Made by a program: the position numbers and the translations under genes | Assembly (NCBI RefSeq): GCF_006345805.1 | Contig: NC_043001.1 | Coordinates: 52,328,001-52,392,000, forward strand | Source of the DNA: Octopus sinensis | Taxonomy: Eukaryota | Reading direction: 5' to 3' | Length of the DNA: 64,000 bases | The notes under the pieces: model-generated | Told to the model about the DNA's origin: nothing | Databases searched by the model: none | What the model saw: only the letters and a program-made list of their open reading frames with translations | Part shown: positions 13,406 through 24,572 of the stretch, piece after piece | How positions within the stretch are numbered: the stretch's first letter is position 1 | How the letters are laid out: each line of letters starts with the position of its first letter

Positions 13406-13959
13406 TTGTGTCAGGTCACTTTCGAGTGCTACTGGTAACATGTAACCCAGTACAACCTGTTGCATTGTCGGGTCGTCGGCGACTAAACCGGCAACCCCAC
13501 CAAGCTTGCTTGGTGAGGAGAGTGTTTATTGGACACCCTGCGGGATGAAAAACAAAACCCGTCAAAGGGCAGAGGAACTCTTGACTGAACAACCATCCAA
13601 TAAATGTTTTAAGGATGTATCATGCGCGGGGACATAGAAATAATTGGACTGAATACCCGATCGCGCGTTTAAACCATTGGGAGTGAAGGACTCCTAGCCT
13701 TTGTTAGGGCATCCTTCTAGGAGAAGGTAACTCAGGTAACTGGGATAACTCCGACATAAAACATGCGGCTCAGTGGTTACCGATGATATTGACTTGTTCT
13801 TCTTTTAGGATTATGGCTTCTGTTGCTTAGTGAGTGAGATTGACTCAGTGCACAACCTTTCTTCACTTTGAGAAAAATCTTCTTGCACAGGCATTACACG
13901 ATAACAACATTGATTAAACTTCGTGCAATGGCATACTCGATAACGAGGGAGCAGCCACC
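13406..13959. mobile_element. ~550 bp GC-richer interspersed element flanked by (TATG)n on both sides; family unassigned
   Basis: Abrupt composition change, (TGTA)n at 13392-13405 and 13960-13985, and several short internal hairpins. The segment GGGCATCCTTCTAGGAGAAGGTAACTC resembles non-LTR 5' UTR sequence. Confidence 0.55.
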
Positions 13960-13960
13960 A

Positions 13961-14715
13961 TGTATGTATGTATGCATGTATGTATATTCTCTGTTGTTTT
14001 TTTTATTTTTAGCTATTTCAATTCTTCCTGTGAAGAAGGAACTCATTTCTCATAAAAATACGAAGGCCTATCATTGGAATGTACAAAACGAAAACGATAT
14101 AAAATGTTTAACTTATGAAAAGAAATCCATGTTTTAACTATTCCACTTATAGATTGTATATGCAATGTGCGAGTTATTTGGTTTATTTCTCTTCCTAAAA
14201 ATCCAAGCTTATCCAGAATGTCATTCAAGCATTTACTCACAAAAAGGAGTGCACCAATTATTATTGGTAGAAATGTAACTTTATAATCTGGATATAGATG
14301 TTGGGGATCTCGAAGCAATTGCCTATACTTACATTCTTTTTCTTTAGGTTTCAAAGACATATTCATATCAAGCGGGACAGCTGACCTCTATGACGGTACG
14401 CACTTTTTCTTGTCTGTCCCAGACAATAATATATGGCCTGTTATGCTTACACATGGCAGATATTTTGATAGCGATGTTCCACCATTATGCCCCATGTTGG
14501 CGTCTGTGTATATATTCAATAACAGGGGAATTCTCTTTACTTATTCCAGACCAATCTTTTGTACGGATAGCGTGGTATATTTTTCTTGTGACAACGTCCT
14601 TTTACATAGGCACGTAATAACTTTATTACATTTTTGGCTGCTGCTAATCACATGTGTGATGTCTTCCACTGAAATATTACGTAACCTACATTTCCTGTAG
14701 CGTCTCGGAATCCCT
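13961..14715 (-). mobile_element. 3' fragment of R4/Dong-like non-LTR retrotransposon (CCHC plus RLE endonuclease)
   Basis: Minus-strand fragments KCRLRNISVEDITHVISS, HNRPYIIVWDRQEKVRTVIEVSCP and YRQLLRDPQHLYPDYKVTFLPIIIGAL...KLGF...QSISGIVKT. These are homologous to 51000-51630. The 3' UTR ends in (CATA)n. Confidence 0.85.
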
Positions 14716-15619
14716 GGGGATTCACTGCTTCTTTTATTTATTAGCTATTTACAAGTAATCTCCTTTTTTTGAACTACAAATGCATAACCTTCGAAGTGTG
14801 ATGGGATATGGTGTGCATACATACATATGTACGTACGTACATACAGATCTAAATCTGAACTTATGCAGCATAAGCGGATTCCTGACTATTTTGGCATAGT
14901 TTTTTTTTTACTTTCGAATTAAAAATTTCTTTAACATGTGATCGCAAGTAGTTTTCCCTCTACCGTGTACACTTTCATATCTTTTCCATCAATAAGATCA
15001 TTATGCTTAGTCTTTTATGCGTACAGATTAGACAAGTTTCGACATTCAAGGTTTATTCTTTCCTATTATAAATGAGATGTTCTCTCTCGCATCATTCACT
15101 ATTTTTAGCTGTAGAGATACTGTTTCTATGAATTATATTGCATTGCATTTTAGTTATGGAATTATGATGACTCAAGTAGTTAGTTTCGAAAGAACATTTT
15201 AGATTAACTACTTGCGATATTAGTGACATATTCCATGTTACTTTTACAGTTTGCATCGAATGTTGCTTCAAATAGCTTTATCTGCATTCTAATTTTTTCC
15301 TTTCCTTTACATATTTCGATATTGATTTTTTTCTTCCTAGTTTGCAAAAGTACACATGCCATCCATAGCAAAAGCAAATACCTGTACTTTTGGTCCAACT
15401 TGGACTACTCTGATTAGATCAGTTAGCGTCACGTTAAAAAAGCCATACATGATAGTCTCCTGCGAATAAGTTTTCTGAATGAAAAACGTACAAGTCCCTT
15501 CCGATACTCATAATTTTATTTGTCTCAAGCATGCATACTATATATGTGAATACACAACTAGCCTTCAGAAAATATGAAATAATGCAGTTCTATATTTAAC
15601 AGATACGGAATTATGTACA

Positions 15620-15882
15620 TTATTTATATTATTTACATTAGACCGATATTTGTCCTCATCTTATTTGTTGTTAACACAACGTTTCGGCTGATATACCCTC
15701 CAGCCTTCTTCAAGTCTCTTGGGGAAATTTCGAACCTGGATTCTTATTCCCAAAGTATTTTTCGATGTTGTTATTATTACTATTATTACTATTATTATTA
15801 TTATTATTATTGTTCAGGCTTGGAATCGAACTCGGAATCTTGCGGTTAGTAGCACCCGCTCTTAACCACTACGCCATATGCC
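15620..15882 (-). mobile_element. tRNA-headed SINE-like element with (AAT)n linker and Penelope-type 3' tail containing a degenerate minimal hammerhead motif
   Basis: On the minus strand: GGCATATGGCGTAGTGGTTAAG (A box), GAGTTCGATTCC (B box), (AAT)n, then CTTGAAGAAGGCTG-GAGGGTATAT-CAGCCGAAACGTTG. Confidence 0.7.
15677..15714 (-). ncRNA. Degenerate minimal type-I hammerhead ribozyme-like motif (PLE type)
   Basis: TTGAAGA (CUGANGA with C3 changed to T, plus one extra A before the helix), helix II GGCTG/CAGCC, GAAA, and palindromic AACGTT as a minimal helix III. Confidence 0.5.
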
Positions 15883-15909
15883 TGCAGGCATATGGCGTAG
15901 TGGTTAAGA
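15860..15909. repeat. Perfect 50-bp palindrome (two back-to-back tRNA-like SINE heads)
   Basis: TCTTAACCACTACGCCATATGCCTG|CAGGCATATGGCGTAGTGGTTAAGA. Confidence 0.97.
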
Positions 15910-18900
15910 ACAAAATGGTGTTCTGGAATAAGAATAGAGAATCACTCAAACGTAGGTATGTGTTCTGGTATAGTAAATACATCGTGGGTCATTGTATTCG
16001 GAAAGTTTCGGTATCACAATTTTTTCAATTGTGGTTATATCCTCTGGTTAAACGTACTGTAGATTTTTTTTTAACAAAGTTTTCGCCACTGATAATACAA
16101 TCCTTTTGGGTAATGTATGGACAATAACTCTTTCGGATGTACACTAGTCATACTCCAGTTTTTCCCCCAAATACTATTATGGAATTTACGTTTTGGCATA
16201 GCGCATTTCTCTTTAATACTGATCGATATCAATTGATATAGCTATTTATCATTTCCATACTCTTCTGCCAGATGTTCTCTATGACAAATTGAGTAAAATG
16301 AATTTATACTAAACTGCTCTTTACTTAATAGCTTCAAACAAATTTCAGATGAATTCTTCAGTTAACACTGGCGAAAATGCACATCTGCATGTGATGAATA
16401 TCATTCTGTGACTAAATATTGTGTGCCAATCAAAATCTTAATTTGTGTTTTCCGTACTTGTGATGACATTTGTTATTGTTTCGCCTTTATCTAGCTCTAT
16501 TATATCTCCACTGTACAACTTTGCAATTATTGTGGGTTTATATAATAACATATTAATTTTCTAAAACGATCGGGCATCATGCTGTTATAAATATTCACCC
16601 GCTTTTTCATTAGTAACTATTACCGAATTAAGATCATATTCATAATTACTAATTATGTGTGTTATATCTTGTAGCAGGTGTCCAAAAACCAGTTAATATT
16701 TCCTTATAACTTTTCACTAAGAATATATTTTAATTGTGTATACGTATTCTCTTCCATCTAGCAGTACATTTGATACTGATATAGTCACTGACACTCTTGT
16801 GCAAGTAAGTAAGGCTACTGCTAAGTAATTGGAATAAAAGTGTGATTTGTAATTACATGTAATGCCGTTCTTGTGTTCAGGTGTGTCTGTTTTAGAAAGA
16901 ATGTTTTCAAAGCAATATTTTTAGTTTCCCAGCACCAAAACATCGCTTACATTCACCAAAATTTGTTTTTCAATGTACTTGTTTTGTTGAGAGAAAAAGA
17001 TAGCTCCGGGAAAATTTCGTCTCAAGAAAGATTCCTTTTGTACATACATCAAACAAACAGGTCATTAACAAGTTCATCACTCTGAGAATATTAAGACCTT
17101 GAATAAATGTTTATTCAAAAAATGTGATTTAGAAAACAACCACTTATAGATTGGTAGGTATGCCGACATATATGAATATAGAGTATATGTAGTTCTGAAT
17201 ATTCTCTGATCATGTTTTCAAATTTGTCATCAAGAGAGGAGTCGGTCTCTAACACAGAGTTATTCCTCTTGTATTGGGATTTCGACAGAATCAACTCAGC
17301 TGTTGTGGACGTACTTATGCATGTAGCTATATAGTTATCCGCGCACGTATGTATGTGCGGAAGTATAGATGTCAATGGTTGTGTACACCTGTAATATTTG
17401 ATTATGTAAACATACGTATAAATACGCTTGTATGGTTTCATCTATGTATATGCTTACTACAGGTTAAACACATATTTACAATTCCATTAATAACTTCTTG
17501 CTATAATTTCTCAATGAGCCATGTCTCTTCTAAGTTTATGAAAATTACCTTCTCAAAGTCAGTGTTGAGGTATGATTCATATTTATCGTTACATGCAGTA
17601 TCGTTCCTGTTATAACCATGACCATATTAGTAGATTGCTTTCGTTGCGTTATTTGTGCAGAGTCCAGAATTTGGGATTTAAAGTTACTCGTATTTTCTCG
17701 GAATAAACTTGCAATTACAAACCCTGTACTCTGTCAAGTGTTGACGTAAGTTTTTCAAAAAATACTTAAGCTAAGTAGAGTTTTGTTCTATTTATATAGC
17801 CTTAGAAATATCATTACTAATTTATAGCGCTTACGAAAATAATTGACGAGATCATAACCTATATATAATTAATAATTTCTATATTTTCTATAGCGGCAAC
17901 TTATAAGGTTCTGTTTGCCCTCCTTCATGTTGTTGTTCTTTGGTATAGTATTATTGATGATTATGTCGTATCCAGAAATGATGTTCATAGTAATTCATAG
18001 CACAGTGAATTCAAGATTGAAACAGATATAACTACGATCTTTAATAACATGTTATCTTAAGGAATGAGTTCTGATATATAGACAGTTAGGCTGAGGGCTG
18101 GGGATATTAAAGCTGGAGATATCATTCAGCTCAAATCAAATGAATTTTTTTCCATGCCAAGCAACTCTTAACGTCAACATGTATGTATTTGAAGTATGTT
18201 AACGCATGTGTAGTACATTCTAGAACATCCAGCGAAGCTTATAAATAATTGTATTATAGCGCTAAATTTCAGAAAATTGGAAATCACAGCCATGTAAACC
18301 ACATTCTCATTTTTCAACTTAACAACTTATTTTTCAACAAAGCAGGCAGTAGTAACAGTCTTTGCAGTGGTAAATTTAGTATGATGTTTCTCCAGCTTTT
18401 GACAGCGTATTCACAGAACCATATTGACCAACAATTTTTTCATAACTACAGAATTGTCTTTCTGAGTGTATCTACGTTGTTGTTTGCATCAATAATTGAA
18501 GACCAACGTTTCTGCGGTGAGTAAGGTATCTCTTAATTGCTTACCAGTGTCGTAGATCATTGATAACAGACCAGAATCCAACGCAACCACCAACATCACC
18601 ATATCCGTTCGATGACCTTTTTGACAATTGGTAACTCCTGGTGGCACATCCATCCGTCCATCCATCCATACCTCCATGCATGCACGCATGCATGCATCCA
18701 TCCATCCATATACATAGTGTATCTTTAATCTATTTGCTTCCCTTCATCCTTTCATCCATTCCACGCTCTCTCCTTCTGTAATCTATCTATCTATCTATCT
18801 ATGTATTTTTCTCTCCCCCCTCTCTCTCTCTCCCTCTCTTCTGTCTCACTTTATCACAATGCCTTTCTGTCAGCTTGTCTATTCGCAGCGAGAAATTTTG

Positions 18901-20139
18901 ATCGTCTGAAATTGTAGAAATTGAAATCTAAGATTTTAATTATAAACTTGCTATTATATTGCAAAGAACATGCCCTCTATCTTATTGCACGATAGACGTG
19001 TATTATATATTTTAACAATATAAATTCCGGGAGAAGAATTTCACTGGCACATATGTAATTATGAAAGTTTCCAATTATAAAAATCAATTAAAAACTGCTT
19101 AAAGGAACGCAGGAAACATAGCAGTAAAATAAATGCCCCAATGTCGCTATTTCTGTACGTAATTTATTGAACACCGCTGGCAATATATCAATAAAAGAAA
19201 ACGAATAATATTTATAACGTCCAAAAACCAGTGCGTTCTGTTTAACCGTACAGCGAAGTTCCGAAATATATAGTAACCTCGTTGAACCACCGTAAACTGA
19301 TAGTCTGTGATTCGACCAGCCCCATAATCCGGCGAGTTTCGAACCTGTTAGAGCAGTGTTTAAGCTTTTACTCTGCAGTCGTCTAAATTTCATTCAAAAG
19401 AGAAAGTGGAGCAGACGTTGGTGCTATTACTAAAATGCGTACTCGAAAACATTATCTATGCTTGAAAAGGCTGTGCTATTGAAAACTTAGACAGTAAACT
19501 TGTAAAGATTTGGTGTGAGTACTCGGGGTCGAAACGCGTACTTGTGTGATTTAAAGGATTAAAAATGCCAATTAGTAGGTTTCACTTTTGCTTTGCTAAT
19601 TATAAAAACCAGGAAACTGAAACGAAGTGCAAATTTTGAAAGTTGTCAGCAGTGCATAAATCAACTGTATTTCTCATGCTGTGCTGCGATATATAATGGT
19701 GAGAACATTTCTGAGGAGATGCTTGTTGTTTAGACAATATTCCATAGAAATTATGATTCTGAATATTCGTTAGCGAATATTTGCTAGAACGGTAACTGAA
19801 GTTCAAGGGCAGATACATAACTTCATTCCATAATTTGGTTAGGTAAGGGGAAAGCGTAGTAAAGACCCGAGAAATGTGATAAAATCTACGTATGAAGTTG
19901 CAAATTTAGTGGCATCAAATATCATGTACCCGTAATAAGTGTACAATAATGATGAATCTGCACTGTATTGGCGTTCGTAAGTCACAAAGAAACTACGTTC
20001 AAGACACTGAAATGTATCCATTTGAGAGTAAGGTTACTAAAGATACAGCAACATTTCTTGGCTCTTTCAATCCACGAGGACCTCTCTCTCTTGCTCTCGC
20101 TTTCTCACCTCTGTCTGTCTCTGTCTGTCTGTCTCTGTA

Positions 20140-20202
<63 letters not shown>

Positions 20203-20930
20203 ATGTTACTTTACATTATAAGAGGAAGTAAAACAAAAGAAGCTTCTACTAGCAAGTGTATGCAGACGACGAATGATTTCATTGTTTGACCAGAGTAAAG
20301 AGAATTTATAAAAGAACAGCAAATTACGTCTATTTGAATGCAAGAAAATTAATTACGGAGAAAGAAAAGCATCAAAAGTAAATTTTCATAACAAAGACAA
20401 GAATGATTGCAACGTACAACATCCGATTCGTTACATCGCTTGTGTCCCTGAAGTAGACGTACCTGATTACTACGAAGCGCTTGACAAACATTTACATTTT
20501 GTTGGTCCTAATGATACCGTTCACAATGAATATCCTACTGATTTCTCACTTAATTTAAGATATAGTTACTACAAGTATTATTTTTTTTCAGTTTGGAGTT
20601 TATGATTAGATTATGATCAGATTACAATAGTACAATGTTGGTTGGAAACATGAATGGCAGCATTATTTCCAGTTTATACTTTTGATAATATAGCAGTATG
20701 ATATATAACGACTGTTTTAAAGTTCAATTTCTGAGTTCTGTGATTTCCTGTTGTCCTATAAAGGTAAGATTCCAAGGTTATCGGATTAAAGTTGTTCAGA
20801 TGCATTTAAATAGATTATAAAACGAAAGTGCATAAGGAGTTGACTAATAATTTGTTTAGAACATAATGGAACGACCATTACCAATGGAGTTCGACGACTA
20901 AATATGCCAGCGTAAAATTTTAGTAATAAA

Positions 20931-21067
20931 TAAGAAAGTTCCTTACTAACCACATGGCTCAGCATTCAGCCCCACTGAGTGGCACCTTTGAAAGTGTTTG
21001 CTACCATAGCCTCGGGCCGACTAAAGCCTTGTGAATGGATTTGGTAGCCAGAAACTGAAAGAAGTCC
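20931..21067 (+). mobile_element. 5' half of OK/OR-type CORE SINE, decayed
   Basis: AACCACATGG...CCCACTGAGTGGCACCTTTG...ATAGCCTCGGGCCGACTAAAGCCTTGTGAATGGATTTGGTAG matches the other copies. Confidence 0.8.
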
Positions 21068-21314
21068 AAATATATGGATTCAAGTAATCCGGTAGTACTA
21101 ATAAAGAGCTCCTCAATGTCGCATTACAACAGAAAAAGACAAGCAGTGAATAAAATCATGAAGGACAGAGGACTATTTAGATAAACTTTTATTTAACAAT
21201 AAGAAAATTCTAATATCACAACGAATTGTTTCATGACTTAAAAACATGTAAACAATTTATATCATCATATGTAATAAATAAATCACATGCCTGCATTAAT
21301 GCAAAATGTCAGAA

Positions 21315-23060
21315 AACTCTTTAGAATAATTCTCACCATCCTTTCACATTCCACTTTATGCTTCATACTCCATCAAAACCACATTTTTTCACAACATAAA
21401 TTCCACCTACTCTTTTATCCTGTACCATCCGATTCTCATAGTTCCCTGGTCCCACTCCCGAACTATACAATCCTTTTTTCGATGACTGTATCTGCGCGAC
21501 GTCACTCTCCCGCGAACAACTAGAATCCTTCCTTTCTTTTGTCTAATCCTTCCATCATGTCCTTGAATTCTCCTGCACCATCTCTAACTTTTCCGTCGAA
21601 TTTCTCGACATTTCTGTCAGAATACACCACTCCACTCTTACTACCTCCATCCACTACAAGCACACTGACTACCTTAACTTCTCCTCCTCCTACCCTACCC
21701 ACACCAAGGTCACAATCTCTACTTTCAATTCTTTCGTCTGCGCAGCCACTGCAGTGACAATCTTGACTTTGAGATTCAGTCTCAAATCATGGCTCGTCAC
21801 TTCATCCTACGGGGATATCCCCTCACAACTATCCACACTGCCCTTTCCAGGGTACGATCTGTGGACAGTGCCTCTGCTCTTTCTCCTCGCACCTGCTTAA
21901 CCGTTGTCCATCTCCCATTTCACGTCACCCTGCTCTCCCAACGCTCTACTATCTGAGCATTTCCGCAACTTCATTCCGACCCCTCCATCTCGCACATCTC
22001 CCCCAACCTCACCTATCCCTTCTTCAAACGAGCCCATAACCTGCGCGACCTCTTGGTTCACAGTTTCTTTCCTAACCCTACCTCCCATCCCGGCTCGTTC
22101 CCCTGTTCCAGCCCACGCTGTCACACCTGCTCCTACCTTTCCAACACCACTATCCTCACAGGTACTCATTATCGTCACTTTCACATCACTGACTCCTTTA
22201 CCTGCAATTCTAGTAACGTTATTTTCTGCATCTCCTGCTCTTTCTGTCTTTCTCTGTACATCGGTGAAATGGGACGCCGCTTGCCTGACCGTTTTGCGGA
22301 ACACCTCCGAGACATCAGACTCGGCAATGATACGTCGGTCACGCGCCATTTGCTCTGGGCATTGGAGTATCAATCGATGGCAGGCGGAAAAATAAGGAAA
22401 ATCTGTAGAATTTTACATCCTGTACGTTTGAGTAACTGGCTGCAACGGGTGTGAAATGCTAAGCAATTTGAAACTGCTTACGTAGATGGGAAATTGGACA
22501 AAAGGAATGAAACAGCAGAAGACAAGCAGTTTAAGAAGAAGGAGAAAACTGAGGCGAGAGATATTTTGGCGCACGTCAAATAAACAGAAGGAAATCGTGT
22601 CATATACCAACCTTGAAGTTTGTTACAAAACTTGAAGCTTAAATGAGCACTTTTCGTTCTTTTCATGCAGCCTTCTTGCTTCAGTAATCGAATTCATATC
22701 GCTTTTCTCACTTTAATTTTCCTCTTCCCCACCCTCATTCGCTTTTCGTCTTCTTTTCTTGAATCATAACTTCTCACTGTCTCACCTAATTTAATTCAGC
22801 TATTACTTTCTGTCTAGGTATACAAGCACACATTTTCTTGCATACCCCATTAGTTGCAGCTCGCTGTAGAGACTAAGAAGATGTAAAACATTGTTGATTT
22901 CCTTTAAGTTTAATCCTGTCATTTTAACTCCAAAGAAGAATTGCTCGAACCGTTGGATACTTTACCCCTCACGACGATTTCACTTTAATCTTTGTCTCAT
23001 TTTGCTTTTCAGTATTAGAGTGCTGATGCCCTTGCAGGTGAAAAGCGTCTATACTCTCCT
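21315..23060 (+). mobile_element. Decayed Penelope-like element: RT C-terminal half, GIY-YIG endonuclease and pyrimidine-rich 3' pLTR
   Basis: Frameshifted fragments FDDCI, SVEFLDISV, TTSIHYKHTD, YLNFSSSYP, FFRLRSHCS, FILRGYP and FKRAHNLRDLLVHS. ORF 22053-22454 contains CSSPRCHTC, FTCNSSNVIFCISC..CLSLYIGEMGRRLPDRFAEH. A C-terminal LNEHFSF occurs near 22640-22665. Confidence 0.88.
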
Positions 23061-23200
23061 TGGATTTTGTTTTATCTGATAAATCAATTACCGCCGATTC
23101 AATTGTGTTGCAATAATGACCAGTTGCCGATTTCAAAGACTGGTATGTATAGATACACCTAGAACAGAATACAGTATGAAAATGTAATCAATTTGTGGAA

Positions 23201-23425
<225 letters not shown>

Positions 23426-23469
23426 TTGTGTGTCAGAGTAAAGAATAAAAAGAGAGTATATATATATAT

Positions 23470-23886
23470 TCTTTTATTCTTTTACTTGTTTCAGTCATTT
23501 GACTGTGGCCATACTGGAGCACCGCATTTAGTCGAGCAAATCGACTCCAGGACTTATTCTTTGTAAGCCTACTACTTATTCTATCAGTCTCTTTTGTCGA
23601 ACCGCTAAGTTACGAGGACGTAAACACACCGACATCGGTTTTCAAGCGATGGTGGGGGACAAACACAGACACACAAATACACACACACGCACATACGCAC
23701 ACACACAAACATATTATATATATATATACGACAGGCTTCTTTCCGTTTCCGTCTACTAAATCCACTCACAAGTCTTTGGTCTGCCCGAGGATATAGTAGA
23801 AGACACTTGTCCAAGGTGCTACACAGTGAGACTGAACCCGGACCCGTGAGGTTGGGAAGCAAGCTCCTTACCACACAGCCACTTCT
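23470..23886 (-). mobile_element. Full-length OK/OR-type CORE SINE with central microsatellite
   Basis: Reverse complement of the head (CCTTACCACACAGCCACTTC), CORE (AGAAGACACTTGTCCAAGGTGC) and tail (GTTTCAGTCATTTGACTGTGGCC). Confidence 0.9.
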
Positions 23887-24572
23887 ACATTGGATGAATG
23901 AGAAGCGAGTGCTTATTCATCAAATTGTTAAAGCAAGGAAGTTGCTAGCATTTTCAGAAATTCAGATTTTGGATGCTTCGTACTCTTCTGCAGAGCTATC
24001 ACAGTTTTACAATACAAGGAATCTAAAAAAACAATTACAGGTTTTGGTATGTCTCACTGAAGAAACTAACGTTATATGAAGGATATATTAAACTGTGTTA
24101 TGCTTCACGGTGGAGAGATTATATTTAACAAATATTTTAAATATATTTATGTCTTCAGAAACTAAAATGTGAGCATGGGTGAAAGAAAGTAAGGATTTAT
24201 TTGATTAAAATCAACGATACCAGGAACAACAATACACATTTCTTTTATAAGTATTATTTATTCACTATGATCAAACCAAAGAAAATGCCACATTTTGAGA
24301 AATGTTAAATAATTAAAAAATGATTTAATACGATATTAATAATGCATTTAATGTTTCTGATCGGTAAAGTCATTTTGAGTTATATTTCACTTTCATTTTC
24401 ACTTACATTTTCACAAACAAGGAAAAATTGATCAATAGCTATGCTATTAGCATCTTTGTTCAAAATATGTCCTTTACATCTTAGTCTTCAAAACCTATGT
24501 TGCATAAGCATTTTTATCAATATATATTACATAGTGCCATATATTTGGATGAGAAAAAACCGATATTCATAA

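Noticed and set aside
16100-16800. Minus-strand frame that reads protein-like in places (KLYSGDIIELDKGETI)
   Set aside because: Stop-codon density is what random AT-rich sequence gives, and no motif can be supported.
18085-18170. GDIKAGDIIQLKSNEFF resembles the P-type ATPase actuator motif (VGDI..L...PAD)
   Set aside because: It lacks the conserved PAD/PCD, ends in a stop, and has no supporting exons.
20312-20605. About 97-codon stop-free plus-strand frame (IRYIACVPEVDVPDYYEALDKHLHF)
   Set aside because: No start codon, no clear splice sites and no recognisable family. Several open frames of this length are expected by chance across six frames.
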